Assembly: GCA_964016885.1 (NCBI GenBank)
Contig: OZ024741.1
Span: forward strand, 365,676,001 to 365,740,000
DNA from: Eledone cirrhosa
Taxonomy: Eukaryota
Reading direction: 5' to 3'
DNA: 64,000 nt
Position 1 is the first letter of the stretch. The number at the start of each line of letters is the position of its first letter. Of this stretch, positions 12,596 through 25,584 are shown one piece after another. The translations under genes were made by a program, and so were the position numbers. The notes under the pieces are model-generated. The model saw only the letters and a program-made list of their open reading frames with translations. It had not been told where the DNA came from and did no database searches.

Positions 12596-14395
12596 CGAAG
12601 GACATGTGGTAAGGAACCAGATAGACCATAACGCACCAAAGTACTCAATACTTAGGGTAGTAGAGTGGGTAATAGGAACAAGTATGACCCCGACGGCAGA
12701 GCTCAAGCCGTTTCGACGGCTAATTCTGGACTAAATAAGAATTTTTAGCCTGGTAAATAAATAGCCGAACTTCTCAGGGGGTAATTCCATATATGGGAAG
12801 ATAGTAATTGTCAAGAGGATTGGTCAAAAATTTGTTGTAAAGACAGTTGATTCTATCATGGCATTTAGTGGAAGGTAGGGTAGGGGTAGAACAAAGAGGG
12901 AGTGGGGAAGCCCAGTCAAGTGTTGAAAGTGAAATCTATACAGCAGATTCTAAGGATAGTATATAGAAGGTCGAAAAAAGTGTACTGGAAAAGGGGGGGG
13001 GGGTTGAAAGAGTAGGTAAATCGAAAGGGAGTAAACAAACGAGCCATTATAAAGATGAGGAGATAAATATATAAAAAAAAAACAAATATATAAACAAACA
13101 GCAATTTCTGGTTACTATTCCATCCCCACAATCCCAAATCTCTCATTGGTATTGTTAAGCTATAAAAAAGTTTAATAGGTGGAGAAAAATGCTAAATACG
13201 GGATTGTAGTGAAAGCACTTAATAAAGCCATCTTTACAGGGGGTCTGACACCACTTCAAAAGTTAGTAGTAATCAACCAATGCTATCTTACAATGACAGG
13301 TTAATAAGTTGAGGACAAAAATACTAAAAACCTAATACGAACTATTAATTCAGAATGCTAATATATACTAATACCAAGAATACTAAAGCAAAAATACCAC
13401 TAAGAATTTTTATAAAGCCATCTTTAAGGGTGTCAAACACCACTGCAATAGTTAGTAATAATCAGTAATTACAATGACAGGTTAATAAGTTGAGGGCAAA
13501 CATACTAAAAAACTAATACGAAATATTAATTCAGAATACTAATACAAGAATACCAATGCAGAAATACCACTAAGAAATTTAGAAATCACGGAAATGGAGC
13601 AGCAACCAGAAAGAAGGCAATTATCTGGGGTCTAACACATCTGCTATAAAAAGCGTAATCAGCCAATTCTATCTTAAAATTAGGGGGGCGGGGTGCTGAG
13701 GCTACAGGGAACCGATGGGCTGAATCTGGGTGGGCGAAAAGTTGAAAAAAAAAAAGACAAGGAAGCAGATATGGAGTGGAAGGACTAGGAAGAGATGGGG
13801 GGAAGAAGGAACTATAGAGGAAAAGATTAAAAAAATATTAAAAAGTTACGTCTACCTTTGTAAACAGGGGTTACCCCTTACAAAGTCGGCAAGTGGGGTG
13901 TTTCAGCCTTTGTCTACCCCCCCCCCCCCCCCCGGGTCATTATGGGGTTCGAGGGCGAGGTAAGTCCTATGCAATCTGTGTTTGCATGCAGTTACCAGTT
14001 CGTCTTTCTTGTTTAGGAGTTGGTCCTTCAAAAACAGCATTTGTAATGTTTCCTCCGAGCATAAGTTACATGGACGGCGTCCTCCCGTGTAAGAGTTAGT
14101 TCTGGACAGTAAGCTCCAAGTGAGATTGTATGTTATATTATTATCTTTGAGGTCCCAGATGTGGCCCGAGAGTGTAGTGGTGTGACGCCGGGCCGGGTTT
14201 CGGAAAGTATGTCTCTATAGGTAGAACCGGGTCTTGAAGTCACAAGCGGCCTTGAAGTCACAAGCGGTCTTGAAGTCACAAGCTGGAATTACCCCCTGAG
14301 AAGTTCGGCTATTTATTTACCAGGCTAAAATTCTTATTTAGTTCAGAATTAGCCGTCGAAACGGCTTGAGCTCTGCCGTGGGGATCATACATGTT

Positions 14396-14400
<5 letters not shown>
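12594..14400 (-). mobile_element. 5'-truncated Naiad-like PLE with inverted pseudo-LTR end
   Basis: Minus-strand translation of about 13950-14245: DFKTRFYL*RHTFRNPARRHTTTLSGHIWDLKDNNITYNLTWSLLSRTNSYTGGRRPCNLCSEETLQMLFLKDQLLNKKDELVTACKHR, homologous to the C-terminus at 28430-28700. 14284-14400 is the inverted copy of about 12672-12790. (TA)n on both sides. Confidence 0.88.
12687..12782 (-). ncRNA. Hammerhead ribozyme with atypical CUGAGA core (inverted copy at about 14290-14385)
   Basis: Reverse complement: acccc-CTGAGA-agttcggcta...tagccgtc-GAAA-cggc ttgagctct gccg-TC-ggggt; GUC cleavage triplet. Confidence 0.65.
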
Positions 14401-14438
<38 letters not shown>

Positions 14439-15287
14439 CATAGCATGGTTCTAATACTTTCTAAAATATTAGTCATATACCGCTAAGCCTATTCTCCAAA
14501 GCTGGAACATTTTAACCAACAGTGTTCACTTGATATGTATTTTATTATTTCTACCTCGGAAAAGTGAAAAGTGTTAAGATGGCGGGATTTGGACACAGAA
14601 TGTCAATCTCAGTAACCTTCCCATTGTCTTTAACGAGTCCTGTCTCTCAGTAAGACATTTTATATCAGGTTGACGAAGCACACTCAAATGAAATACAAGG
14701 TTTCTGTCTGTAATTTAACCTAAACGTGATTGTGGAATGCTTAATTACTTTGGCTTTAATTTCACAAGCTGGCTATTCTGTTAATAAAAAAACTAGAACG
14801 CTAACCTCCCTGACTGACGTAACCAACGGAACACACACACACACACAAGCACGCACACAAGCACGCACATTTCACATTCAACTCTTATGTGTTATTTCAA
14901 ATTTGCTATAAGATTTCGCTTAAATGATTTTACAATATGTTGTAAATTGTCGATGCCTGGGGTGTAATCGTGTTATCCAATATCTTTTCTTTATAATCAT
15001 ACTGGATATCATTTTTCTTTTACATTAATGAATCAATTTAGCCTTCCATTAGATTTGCAATTAAAACATACCTATAAGTGCTTCTTTAATGTTAGTTGGA
15101 ATCTGATTCTTGACAACCTAGTTTGATGAAATGTGTCTACTTGAATTTTCTATTTGTTTATATTAAAATATAAAATGCCTATTTTGAATGAGGCTAAACG
15201 ATAACTACTAAATAGATATCAAAATCATATCGATACTGTTTCAAATTACATTAGGTCATTACGTGTTAAGAATGAAATATAAACTTC

Positions 15288-15860
15288 GAAACATACATTT
15301 AAAGTAAAGCAAATTGTTAAAAATGATGAATAAAGCGTTAGAAAAACATTTCGAAATAGAATTCAATATATAGTTAATACCCCCGCAGGTGAGAACAAGA
15401 TACTAACATTAGCACGTAGACAAGAGAGTTTGCTGAATTTAGTTTAGTGTGAATCATTTGTGAACATATGTGGCTGCATGGTCGATTTTTCTTTATTAGC
15501 TCTGAGATCCATATATGTGTGTCTGTGTACGTGCGTGTGTATGTGTGCGTATGTGCGTGCGTGTGTGGTGGGAGTGTATGTGTGCTAATATAGATTTGTA
15601 TAGGTTATAATAACATTGCCCAGTTTCACGTACGGGTATATATTGTAATATAAACACCGAAACATACATTTAATGTAAAACTAATTATTACTGTTGATGA
15701 AGTGTTAGAACAATATTCAAAATGAAATCAAATATATAACTATTTCTCCAGCAGGTGAGAGGAAGATATCAATATTAGCGAGTAGGTGAGATCATTTGGT
15801 GAATATAGTTTATTGTGAATCACTCATGAAAATAAGAGGCACAATGCACGATATTATTTT
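15288..15860. repeat. Old, diverged local duplication (about 200-bp unit, spacing about 370 bp)
   Basis: cgaaacatacatttaa...gcaggtgaga...tgtgaatca occurs at 15288-15490 and 15658-15855. Confidence 0.7.
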
Positions 15861-15901
15861 CATAGCACTAAAAATATTATTAATACACCATTAGAGATGT
15901 G

Positions 15902-15979
<78 letters not shown>

Positions 15980-15983
<4 letters not shown>

Positions 15984-16165
15984 GGCTTGAAGGTTCACCA
16001 CTGGATAGAGCTGGTCTATTCCGTCAGAATAGAGCTGGTCAATTCATTTATTATATTTCGAATAACTGATGATATCACCGGATTCATATGGAACCCGGTC
16101 ATTGAAATGATCATAGTATAATAAACCTTTCAAGGATTTACACAAGTCCAGCCTCCTGTTATTTT

Positions 16166-16172
<7 letters not shown>
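15980..16172 (+). mobile_element. Short inverted-tail plus HHR-bearing end of the 9.5-11.9 kb family, inserted in (TA)n
   Basis: 15980-16023 matches 9478-9521 directly; 16042-16172 is the reverse complement of about 9617-9749. Confidence 0.85.
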
Positions 16173-16237
<65 letters not shown>

Positions 16238-16317
16238 CGTAGAAAAAGTAAAGAAAAGAAGATTGCTCTATGTATAGTACGGAGATATTTGAATATGTAA
16301 TAAACAACACAATATAA

Positions 16318-16393
16318 TTATTCCATTACCCGAGGTTTTACGAAGTTAAACGATTCTAACAGAAACGTCTATTTCGTTCATCAGATGAAATAA
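16318..16393 (-). ncRNA. Hammerhead ribozyme, probably decayed (GAAA read as AAAA), in PLE end 16232-16400
   Basis: Reverse complement: ttatttcat-CTGATGA-acgaa...ttcgt-aaaa-cctcggg-TA-atggaataa. Confidence 0.65.
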
Positions 16394-16404
16394 CTATTGT
16401 GTGA

Positions 16405-16480
<76 letters not shown>

Positions 16481-16517
16481 CATACATATATATACACATA
16501 TATATATATATATATAT

Positions 16518-16552
<35 letters not shown>

Positions 16553-16795
16553 CATGCCTTTACCACTGAATTGTCAGGCTGTCCCCGAATCGAATCGGTA
16601 CTTTATTTTCTATTTTCTATTCTCTGTTTTTGTTCGATGTAATCCTGCTGACTTATGGAACTAATTCTGCTATTAACACCTGATGCAATTGACAAATTCT
16701 TGCATGATGATTGATTCATGAGGCTGGGGGCCACCGAAATATTTATAGCATTTTCACGGAATTAAAATTCTAAAGTAAATTGCCTACTGTCGAGT

Positions 16796-17780
16796 TCAGT
16801 AACACCATGGCGACTGCAAATTCCGGCCAACTTCTTTTACACCCGCAGTCGTGATAATACTTCCAACACAGCTGCGCATGTCAATCCTGTTCATGAAAAT
16901 AATGATCAGGATAGGTGACAATACGCATCCTTGCCGGAGTCCGACTCCCACATTGAATGGTTTTGATTTAGCCCCATTTATCTGAACACAAATACTCGGG
17001 CATACGTATAGAGACATCAGGACAAGAAGCTGACCATTGATCCCGTGCTGCTGCCGATACCTTCCGCAGTAGGTCCTGAGAAATGTAGTCATATGTCTTT
17101 TCAAGGTCTACAAAACAAGATTATACTTCATGGCAATACTACGTTGATTTCTCAAAGACCTGCAACAGTGTGAATATTTGGTCGGCTCTGCTGTATCCGG
17201 GGCGAAAATCGCACATTTCATCAACTAACTTTGACTGTACAATCTTCCTACATTTCTTTACCAGACACTTATCATAGACTTTACCGGGGAGGCTTAATAA
17301 TGAGATCCCTCTGTAATTGGAACAATCTCTATTGTCTCCTTTTTTTTTTATTGGGTTTATCACTCCCGATTGCCAATGCTTAAGTGCATTTTCAGAGATA
17401 CAAAGAATCCTGTGTCTTAATTTTGGATGCCTTTACGCTTTCTGATGCCATTCTTCGTACCTGTTCGTACCGGAAGCGTAGCTTGGTGAGCACAAAGTCA
17501 CTACAGAGAGAGACACTACTTCTATGAATTGAGAGATCACGGTTCAGATACTATGGTTAGAATGTATAAGGAAAGTATCATTGGATATAATTTACTGGCA
17601 AAAACCAACCGGAAGGAGACCCACGGCTATAATCCAAGCAATATGGTTGGATAACATCCATGAACTTGGTTGGCGCTTTGGGACTCAACGGATTAGTTGA
17701 AGACGGTTGTTTTCGACAGCACTCGCTGGAAGGAGTGTTTGAGGACTCCCTCTCAAGAAGAAGAAGAAGAAGAAGAAGAA
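16796..17780. mobile_element. Degenerate RTE-clade LINE: RT segment on minus strand, 3' end with (AAG)n tail on plus strand
   Basis: Minus ORFs NPIKKKGDNRDCSNYRGISLLSLPGKVY and FNVGVGLRQGCVLSPIL; plus-strand LLAKPTGRRP...WLDNIHELG followed by aagaag repeats. Confidence 0.82.
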
Positions 17781-17942
17781 AATCTCCAGTTCAGCCTTCT
17801 GTTATTTTTAATGAATACTTAACTCCGTTCCTGCATCAGCCACGGGATACCACTTTGCGAGCTTTAATTAATTACTGGCATTATCATTTACAAACCGGAA
17901 CCACCAGTGAGTTTATATATGTACATATATATATATATATAA

Positions 17943-18011
<69 letters not shown>

Positions 18012-18299
18012 CGTGTGTGTAGTAGAAGGGTGTTTATGCGTATAATCGAATAAATATTTACTGGTATGATTTTTTTTGTCTCATTGTACGTTGCGTGGCG
18101 ACAGACGAATGGCCGGAAAACCTAAAAGAAATTAAAGCTGTAAAATAGAAATCGTTTTCGTTTAGAAGAATAACAATATCTGCTCCAAATAATTGTGCCA
18201 TATTTTGCTAATACTGCCAAAATAATATTGGTGACTTGTTTGCTTGGAAAATATGAGTAAATCAGTTCAGTTTGTTTATTTAAAAATATACGAAATTGA

Positions 18300-18720
18300 G
18301 ACGTATCTAATACCAATAGCCAATTCAGGAGATTAAAATATCTTTAATACGGACGACTGATTTGTTTTATTTTAAAAATAATTCATTGAGAGTGAAAACA
18401 GTAAATCATTAATTGTCTTAATTTTCAAATAATTAATCATAGATGGGGGCAGCAATGTTGAATAGTAAAGAGGTTCAATTTGCATCTCGGGATCCTGGGC
18501 GGGAGGGGGGATGATTGGAAGCTCTTCGAATGGGTAGTAATCGTAAGTGGAAATGTAGCACACTTTCACGCAGAATAGCCACGTGATACACATTATGTGT
18601 ACAGGAGACTCTGTGTTGCTCATTCCTATTCACGTAAATTTCAGGAGTGGGAGTGTTTCATGATTGAATAACTGGAACAGACACCGTTGAAACCTACGGT
18701 TGTCCGTTCCAGCTCCATTA
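18300..18720. promoter_or_regulatory. Possible cis-regulatory module in non-repetitive DNA
   Basis: Two CCAAT (about 18313-18324), octamer ATTTGCAT (18478-18485), GGGCGGG GC box (about 18497), CACGTG E-box (about 18580) and a hairpin at 18672-18712. Short motifs only. Confidence 0.25.
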
Positions 18721-19049
18721 CATTATCACGCGATGAATGCGTTAATACTCTTAAAACAATTTATACAAACCCGCGGCACTATGCAAGAATCAAATCTGTT
18801 TACTTCCTTTAAATAAAGAATCTAATTATTCTGAAATGATACGAATTCGTTATACTAACGATATAGGTGTATGGTTCCGTTTGTATGTTAAATAATTTCC
18901 AAAGCCTCTTGTTTTGTTGCTCTTTATAATTGATTGTTCAATGAAATGTCTGATTATTTGCAGCATTATATGCTTCTAATATCACAACTTTCAAAAACAT
19001 AAATAAAAACTTCAAGATGTATTATTAAAGTTAACCTCGGCAGGATTTT

Positions 19050-19165
19050 TTACGGTCTGAGTTCAAATCCCGCCGAGGTTAACTCTGCCCTTCATCCCTA
19101 CAGGGTTGATAAAATAAAGCACAAGTAATGCACTGGGATAATTGCTGGGCTTGTGTCAAAAGTAA
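19050..19165 (+). mobile_element. Partial Deu/Nin-like tRNA SINE (further partials at about 20980-21080 plus and 33570-33650 minus)
   Basis: tacggtctgagttcaaatcccgccgaggttaac...ttcatccctacagggttgataaaataaagcac. Confidence 0.8.
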
Positions 19166-19485
19166 AAAAAATTATTATAATTGTAAAAAATAGTTGTCCG
19201 CACGTCAGACGAACAGAAGTACCTGATGTCGGAGTTGTAAATTTTTATTTAAATTTGATGAAACAAGAATATATATTTATATATATTAGTAATAAAGTGG
19301 TAAAGACATAAAAGGTATAGAGCACTCAGTCCTTGGTATGAGCTTTAATATATAAAAAGGAAAAATGCAAGGAGGCACTATTGGATCGTTCCTGTTGGAT
19401 AGGTCAGTGAGTCTATCTGAAGGATATACCACGTCAGATGTAAATATAGTTAATGATGCTATAACGATACTTCCTAGCTACTCCT

Positions 19486-19536
<51 letters not shown>

Positions 19537-19561
19537 TATATATATATATAAACATATATAC

Positions 19562-19672
<111 letters not shown>

Positions 19673-19689
19673 CTTTAATATATAAAAAA

Positions 19690-20283
19690 TCACTGACGAA
19701 GGACTATTTTTATCATATGTAACCGATGTGCAACCACGCAGTATTCTTCTTTCTTCTCATGTTTTTTATGTATATTTACCTCGACTGCGTTTGTCTGTTT
19801 CTCTCTTACTGCTTCCCCGTTCTCTCTGTTTCTCTCACCTTCTTTTGCCCCCTCTGTCAGTTACACTTTCTCTCGACTGACCTCTTCCTCGCACTTCCAC
19901 TCACTCACTCTCTGTTTCTCCCCTTCTCACTTCCTCCCGTTTGGCTTGTAGTGGGTCCCTTCTTGCTTACATCTCACTCACGTCGGACGGTCTGTACCTT
20001 TCGCTCATGAAATCCACCCAGATTATGCTGACCGGACAACCATGTTGCTTGTTTTTTTTTCTATCTTTGGTTTGCTTTTATCCTTCTATGTTGTTTACTT
20101 GTCCCCCTCGCTTTACGCGATTTACTGGTCCCAATAACTTTTTTTAGTTATTGCTCGCACCAACCTGAGGTATATGATTTTTAATGCGATGAAATACCAA
20201 TGATGGTTGGAAAATCTCTGACGAAGGACTATTTTTATCATATGTAACCCATGTGCAACCACGAAGTATGCTTCTTTCTTCTC

Positions 20284-20290
<7 letters not shown>
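19690..20290 (+). repeat. Segment bounded by about 75-bp direct repeats (spacing about 525 bp) between TA tracts; possible PLE-end relic
   Basis: ctgacgaaggactatttttatcatatgtaacc...tcatgtttt at 19693 and 20218; starts with an HHR-like CTGACGA but no complete core was seen. Confidence 0.5.
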
Positions 20291-20347
<57 letters not shown>

Positions 20348-20595
20348 GCACTACATCATCCACTTTTCTAAAAACGTCTAGATCATCAGTTTTCCAAAGG
20401 ATGGCAACATGAATGGGCCTGTTATTTTTTTTCGATTCCGCCCTGTCCGTTCCTTCAATCTTTCTAATTTATCATTCTTTCTTCTTCTGAAGGACTAGCG
20501 TTCGAAACGTTAAGACCCTCTTCCTACTATTTCAAGCGTTAAACTAATATATTCCTTCTATATACTGTACCGTTTGTGTTGTTATTTCTGCTTAC

Positions 20596-20673
<78 letters not shown>

Positions 20674-20674
20674 C

Positions 20675-20709
<35 letters not shown>

Positions 20710-20712
<3 letters not shown>

Positions 20713-20828
20713 CGAAGGAAATGTGGTAAGGAACCAGATGGACCATAACGCACCAAAGTACTCAATACTTAGGGTAGTAGAGTGGGTAATAGGATCGAGT
20801 AGGACCCCAGGGGTCCTACTCGTTCCTA
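20710..20828. repeat. Mini fold-back end of the 12.6-14.4 kb PLE family (also 42820-42905 and 58350-58545)
   Basis: aacgaaggaaatgtggtaaggaaccag...gggtaatagga matches 12594-12678, then folds back (gagtaggacccc a ggggtcctactc); TA flanks. Confidence 0.85.
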
Positions 20829-20858
20829 TATATATATATTTATATATGTATATATTTC

Positions 20859-20898
<40 letters not shown>

Positions 20899-22309
20899 TG
20901 GTACACTGTCTTTGTTAAAGTTTTGAGAAGAAGCGAAATATGTATTATTCTGTACGTAAAGAAAACTATTTATTTACTCGTGCCGAGGTTCACTTTGCCT
21001 CTCCTCCTTACGGGGTCGATAGAATACAACTAATGCACTGGGATAATTGCTGAGTTTGTGCCAAAAGTAGAAAACAATTATAATCTATATGAGACAAACA
21101 TCTAGCTGTATAAACTGAAATAGTTTTTTTCTCTATATAAGGGTGTGGTGAAAATTGTTAACTTACGATCTGATTCCAAAGTTATAAAATCTGTGATTAA
21201 ATTCCATTGTAAGTTACTGTGTATCCAGCCATGGCGACGTAACGTTCAGAACCTTCTGGGCGAAATTTCTTAGACGGAAACTGTAGGAAAATTTGTCAGG
21301 TTGACCTTTCCTGTTCGTAGGGGAGCCGGTGTGATTAAGTTTGCTGTTTGGTTTTGTGCCGTCACATAGAGGTTTGACAAACGTAAATCAATAAACTAAG
21401 GACCAGGCATGAAATATGTACTGGTTCGATATAATCAAATATATCCCTTCAAGGCGATGCTCACGCATGATTGCAGTCGAATGAATGAAACCAGTAAAAC
21501 AAACAAAATAGTATAAATAAACCACATCCATTTGTTTTCCATTTTCTTTACATTTCTGTGTATCTGATATAATTCTTCTTCTTCTTCTTCTTCTTCTTCT
21601 TCTTCTTCTTCTTCTTCTTCTTCTTCTTCTTCTTCTTCTATTGCAGACGTGTGTGACGCAACTGAGTAGTTTCATAAAAATTGTAAAACAAAAAAAAAAA
21701 CTAAAAAAAAAATGGAAATCCTCAACACGTGAACACAGTGAATCGATAATTGCATACCAATAGATTTGGAAACAAGCAATCCATTAAGAACAATTTCAAG
21801 TGAGTCATTTTAAGTAAAATTGAAGTTAAATTTAATTAATTTTAACAAAAGGGGAAAAAATGATGAATTAATTTTTGACACCTGCATTTGAAATCTTTGC
21901 TAACCCCTTTAGCAAATAATAAGACAGTAGTTTTTAAAAAGTGGTGATTCCAATCGAAATATCGATTAATTCTAGTCAATGTGGGGAAAAGCCCGTCAAA
22001 TTATATTATCTGATAATATGGTAATAACTGTAATTTTGAAATTAGGTATAATAAGAATACTTAAGCGTGAGTAATATGGTAATATGGCTGGAGTGAAAAT
22101 TAAGAGCCCCAAAAGAGCGAAGTTTCTATGTGGTCGTTTAATGTGCTAAACATAGCTAGAAATAACTGTAACATTTCCTCAGTTTACAACCTTTCATCAT
22201 AAAGAGAAGGAAAGATACATTGGATGATGTAGGCAGTGCCACTGGTAAAATGTAACCCATTAATCCCTATGCATCGTCGGGTCTTTGCCAACTAAACCGA
22301 CAACCCTAC

Positions 22310-22763
22310 CAAGCTTGCTTCGTGATGAGGTTGAATTTGGAAACCCTGCTGGATGAAAAACATAGCACCTCAGTGGACAAAGGAATTCAGAAGACTCAAC
22401 GGCCATCCAATAAAGTATTTATTTTGTACAGCGAAAGATTCCTAGTCTTCATTAAGACATTTCTTTAGGAGAAGGACACCCTGATATAAAACCTGTGACT
22501 TCATTTGCATACAATGATGTACACCAGTTCTACTTTTTGGGAAAATGCATTCGCTGTTCAGAGAGTAAGATTGGCTCCATGCAAAACTTTTCCTTTCTTA
22601 AAAAAGCTTCAAGTACAGGTATTGCTTGATATGTGACGTTTTTTCCGATGCATGTTATTGCTGGCCATAGGCAAGTCTTTAGCAGGACTAAAAAGCCACG
22701 ACCGTGACTCTCATGCTGAAGTATCAGGCAACAGCATTACTCGAAATCGAGATGCAACCATCA
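22310..22763 (+). mobile_element. Non-autonomous RTE-derived bipartite element (sister of 38575-39183)
   Basis: Shares taggagaagga..c.ctgatataa, a KSLAGLKSH-coding remnant and the terminal actcgaaa.cgag hairpin with the 38.6-39.2 kb copy. Confidence 0.65.
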
Positions 22764-22771
22764 TATATATA

Positions 22772-23150
22772 TAGAATAGAATGAAACGAAATTTCATTTC
22801 TCACACTTAGTACGGCACTTACTTAAATGTAAGTATGTATGTATACGTACATATATATATGTATACGGACGTACAGTAGTATGTATATATATACATACAT
22901 GCACACATATATATATATATATGCACGTATCGGTTTACCGAACATTTATTATAATGCTCGGTTTGTTTGTTTGTAATTACGCCGTATTACATGCCCGAAT
23001 TACGCCGTACAGTGTTTAGGCAACCACGTCACCTTTTTGTTCAACACTGACACAGGAACGATGTACTAGTTTAAAGCTTATTAGCTATCGTCAGCATCGT
23101 ATACCTTTCTGCCAGATGATTGAACGTCTGAAAGTATATACTTTCCTTAT
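22772..23150 (-). mobile_element. HHR-containing retrozyme-like monomer, truncated (same family as 31250-31690)
   Basis: Reverse-complement match to 31320-31690; HHR at about 23059-23099: cgatg-CTGACGA-tagct aata agct t-taaa-ctag-TA-catcg. Confidence 0.75.
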
Positions 23151-23483
23151 GCATCCGGCACATGGGCATGCGGTTAGAATGTCTCAGGAAAGAATCGCTG
23201 AACAGATATTACGGGCCAAACCAACTGGCAGGAGATCCATGAGGGTTGCATAACATCCATGAGCTTGGCTGGTCAGGAGGAGAAGGTGTCGTCCGACAGG
23301 ACTCGTGGAAAGGGGTGTTTGATGACTCTGCTCACACGACCCTCTCAGGAATAAAGAAGAAGAGGAGGAGGAAGAGAAGAGGAAGAAGAAGAAGAAGAAG
23401 AAGAAGAAGAAGAAGAAGAAGAAGAAGAAGAAGAAGAAGAAGAAGAAGAAGAAGAAGAAGAAGAAGAACAACAACAACAACAA

Positions 23484-23515
<32 letters not shown>

Positions 23516-23530
23516 ACAACAACAACAACT
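23151..23530 (+). mobile_element. RTE LINE 3' end with expanded (AAG)n/(AAC)n tail
   Basis: GHAVRMSQERIAEQILRAKPTGRR-like remnant; similar to 17550-17780. Confidence 0.75.
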
Positions 23531-23625
23531 CGAAAAGACGAAAGGCAAAGTAAACCACGGTGGATTTGAACTCAAAGCAAAGACCTGATACGAATATCTA
23601 ACGTCCTAAAAGTGATCATTATATT

Positions 23626-24012
23626 AGGTGGATTGGCTGTATCGGTAGAGGGTCGGACGCCATGCTTTCCAGCATAGTTGCGTCCCTCTACGATCTGAGT
23701 TCAAATCCCGCCGAGGTTGACTTTGACTTTCATCCTTACGAGTCGATAAAATAAAGTACCAGTAATACACTGAGTAATTGCTGGCCTTGTGCCTAAATTA
23801 GAAACAATATTAACTAACCCAGGGCGGTGAATTGGCAGTATCGGTAGAGGGTCGGACGCCATGCTTTCCAGCATAGTTACGTCTCTTTACGGTCTGAGTT
23901 CAAATCCCGTCGAGGTTAACTTTGCCTTTCATCCTTACGGGTCGATAAAATAAAGTACCAGTAATGCACTGGGTATTTTCTGGCCTTGTGCCAAAAGTAG
24001 AAACAATTATAT
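23626..24012 (+). mobile_element. Two tandem full-length tRNA-derived Deu/Nin-like SINEs (23626-23810, 23822-24012)
   Basis: A-box-like tggcagtatcggtag, B box gagttcaaatccc, core gcctttcatccttacgggtcgataaaataaagtacc. Confidence 0.9.
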
Positions 24013-24544
24013 TAACTAACTCATTCTCTTTCCGAAATATAATCTGTATAGCCAAGTAATACCATACATACTTATACATCAAGTAATAAAATATACATTA
24101 TATCTGTCGCTTGTAATCAAACAAATTTGACAAGAAAAAAATTACTTAAACGATAATAGTTATACAATACCATAATTCACTTAAATCTAAGGCTTATAAC
24201 TAAACATTTATTAGTTATTAATGAGTAGAAGAGAGTAAGTAGAAACTCAAATTCAGAACGCCATAATATATCGGCTTCCAAGAATATAAGCAAACATTAA
24301 TTAATTCCTATTTTAGGATTTGTCTCTATTTTGATGTTATGGCTTCATTGATTTTCGTCAAACAAAAAATATAAACTTACACATGGGCGCCTCTAAGCTT
24401 TGTGAATTAGAAGTTCTCTTTTAACTACAATCTTCAGGGTCAGTTTCACTAAATGACTGTAGCCTCGAATTGACCAATGCATTGCAAATATAATTTTGCG
24501 GACGTAATCTTCGTAGAATCTGGTTTTATATATATATATATGGT

Positions 24545-24582
<38 letters not shown>

Positions 24583-24595
24583 TTTATATATATCG

Positions 24596-24629
<34 letters not shown>

Positions 24630-24685
24630 CATAGACAACCTATGTATTTCCAGGGGTACTTAGTACCCACGGGCTTACTAACTTC

Positions 24686-24735
<50 letters not shown>

Positions 24736-25205
24736 AGGTTTACATATATATATATATATATATATACATACATATACGTGTTTTGCAACGGGTCACATTG
24801 TGGCTCAATGAAAAGTTAATAAATTAAATAATCAGAGCCATATATCATAAAACATGTCTATAGAATCACCAGATAAAATATATACCATTTCCTCTCCCAA
24901 TTAGCATAATCAACTATATAAAAAATCGAATAGACCAGGCTATAAAAATCGAATAGACCAGGCTATAAGAATAAGGCTTCTATGAAGAAATCCCCAACAA
25001 ATAACCGAAACTAGCCCTTCGCGTCGGCTGCGAGGGAATATTTATCGAATATTTCGACAGCGTAATCGCCCAGATACAGTCAATTAAACAGAATTAGGTG
25101 TAAAATAAACAAGGAGAACCTGACCGCTCCTACGTAACGATTCTTAGCCATTTTGAATGTATTCTCGGCGCGATCACTTTGGAAAATCTAATGTCTAGAT
25201 TAGAG

Positions 25206-25387
25206 CAAGCTCCTGAAGAGTCCGATGTATCTATATGTATATATATATATATATGTATCTATATGTATATATATATGTATCTATATGTATATATATATAT
25301 GTATCTATATGTATTTATATATATATGTATCTATATGTATATACATATATATGTATCTATATGTATATATATATATGTATCCATATG

Positions 25388-25421
<34 letters not shown>

Positions 25422-25547
25422 TGTATCTATATGTATATATATATATGTATCTATATGTATATATATATATATATGTATCTATATGTATATATATATATAT
25501 GTATCTATATGTATATATATGTATATATATATGTATCTATATGTATC

Positions 25548-25584
<37 letters not shown>

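Noticed and set aside
23113-23146. Plus-strand CAGATGA...GAAA motif as an antisense ribozyme in the retrozyme-like monomer
   Set aside because: No stem I; it is better read as a simple cagatg/cgtctg hairpin.
23246-23575. Poly-Arg, poly-Ser and poly-Phe ORFs
   Set aside because: They come from the (AAG)n/(AAC)n tail of an RTE element.
23626-24012. tRNA genes
   Set aside because: A and B boxes are present but there is no cloverleaf; these are multi-copy SINE heads.
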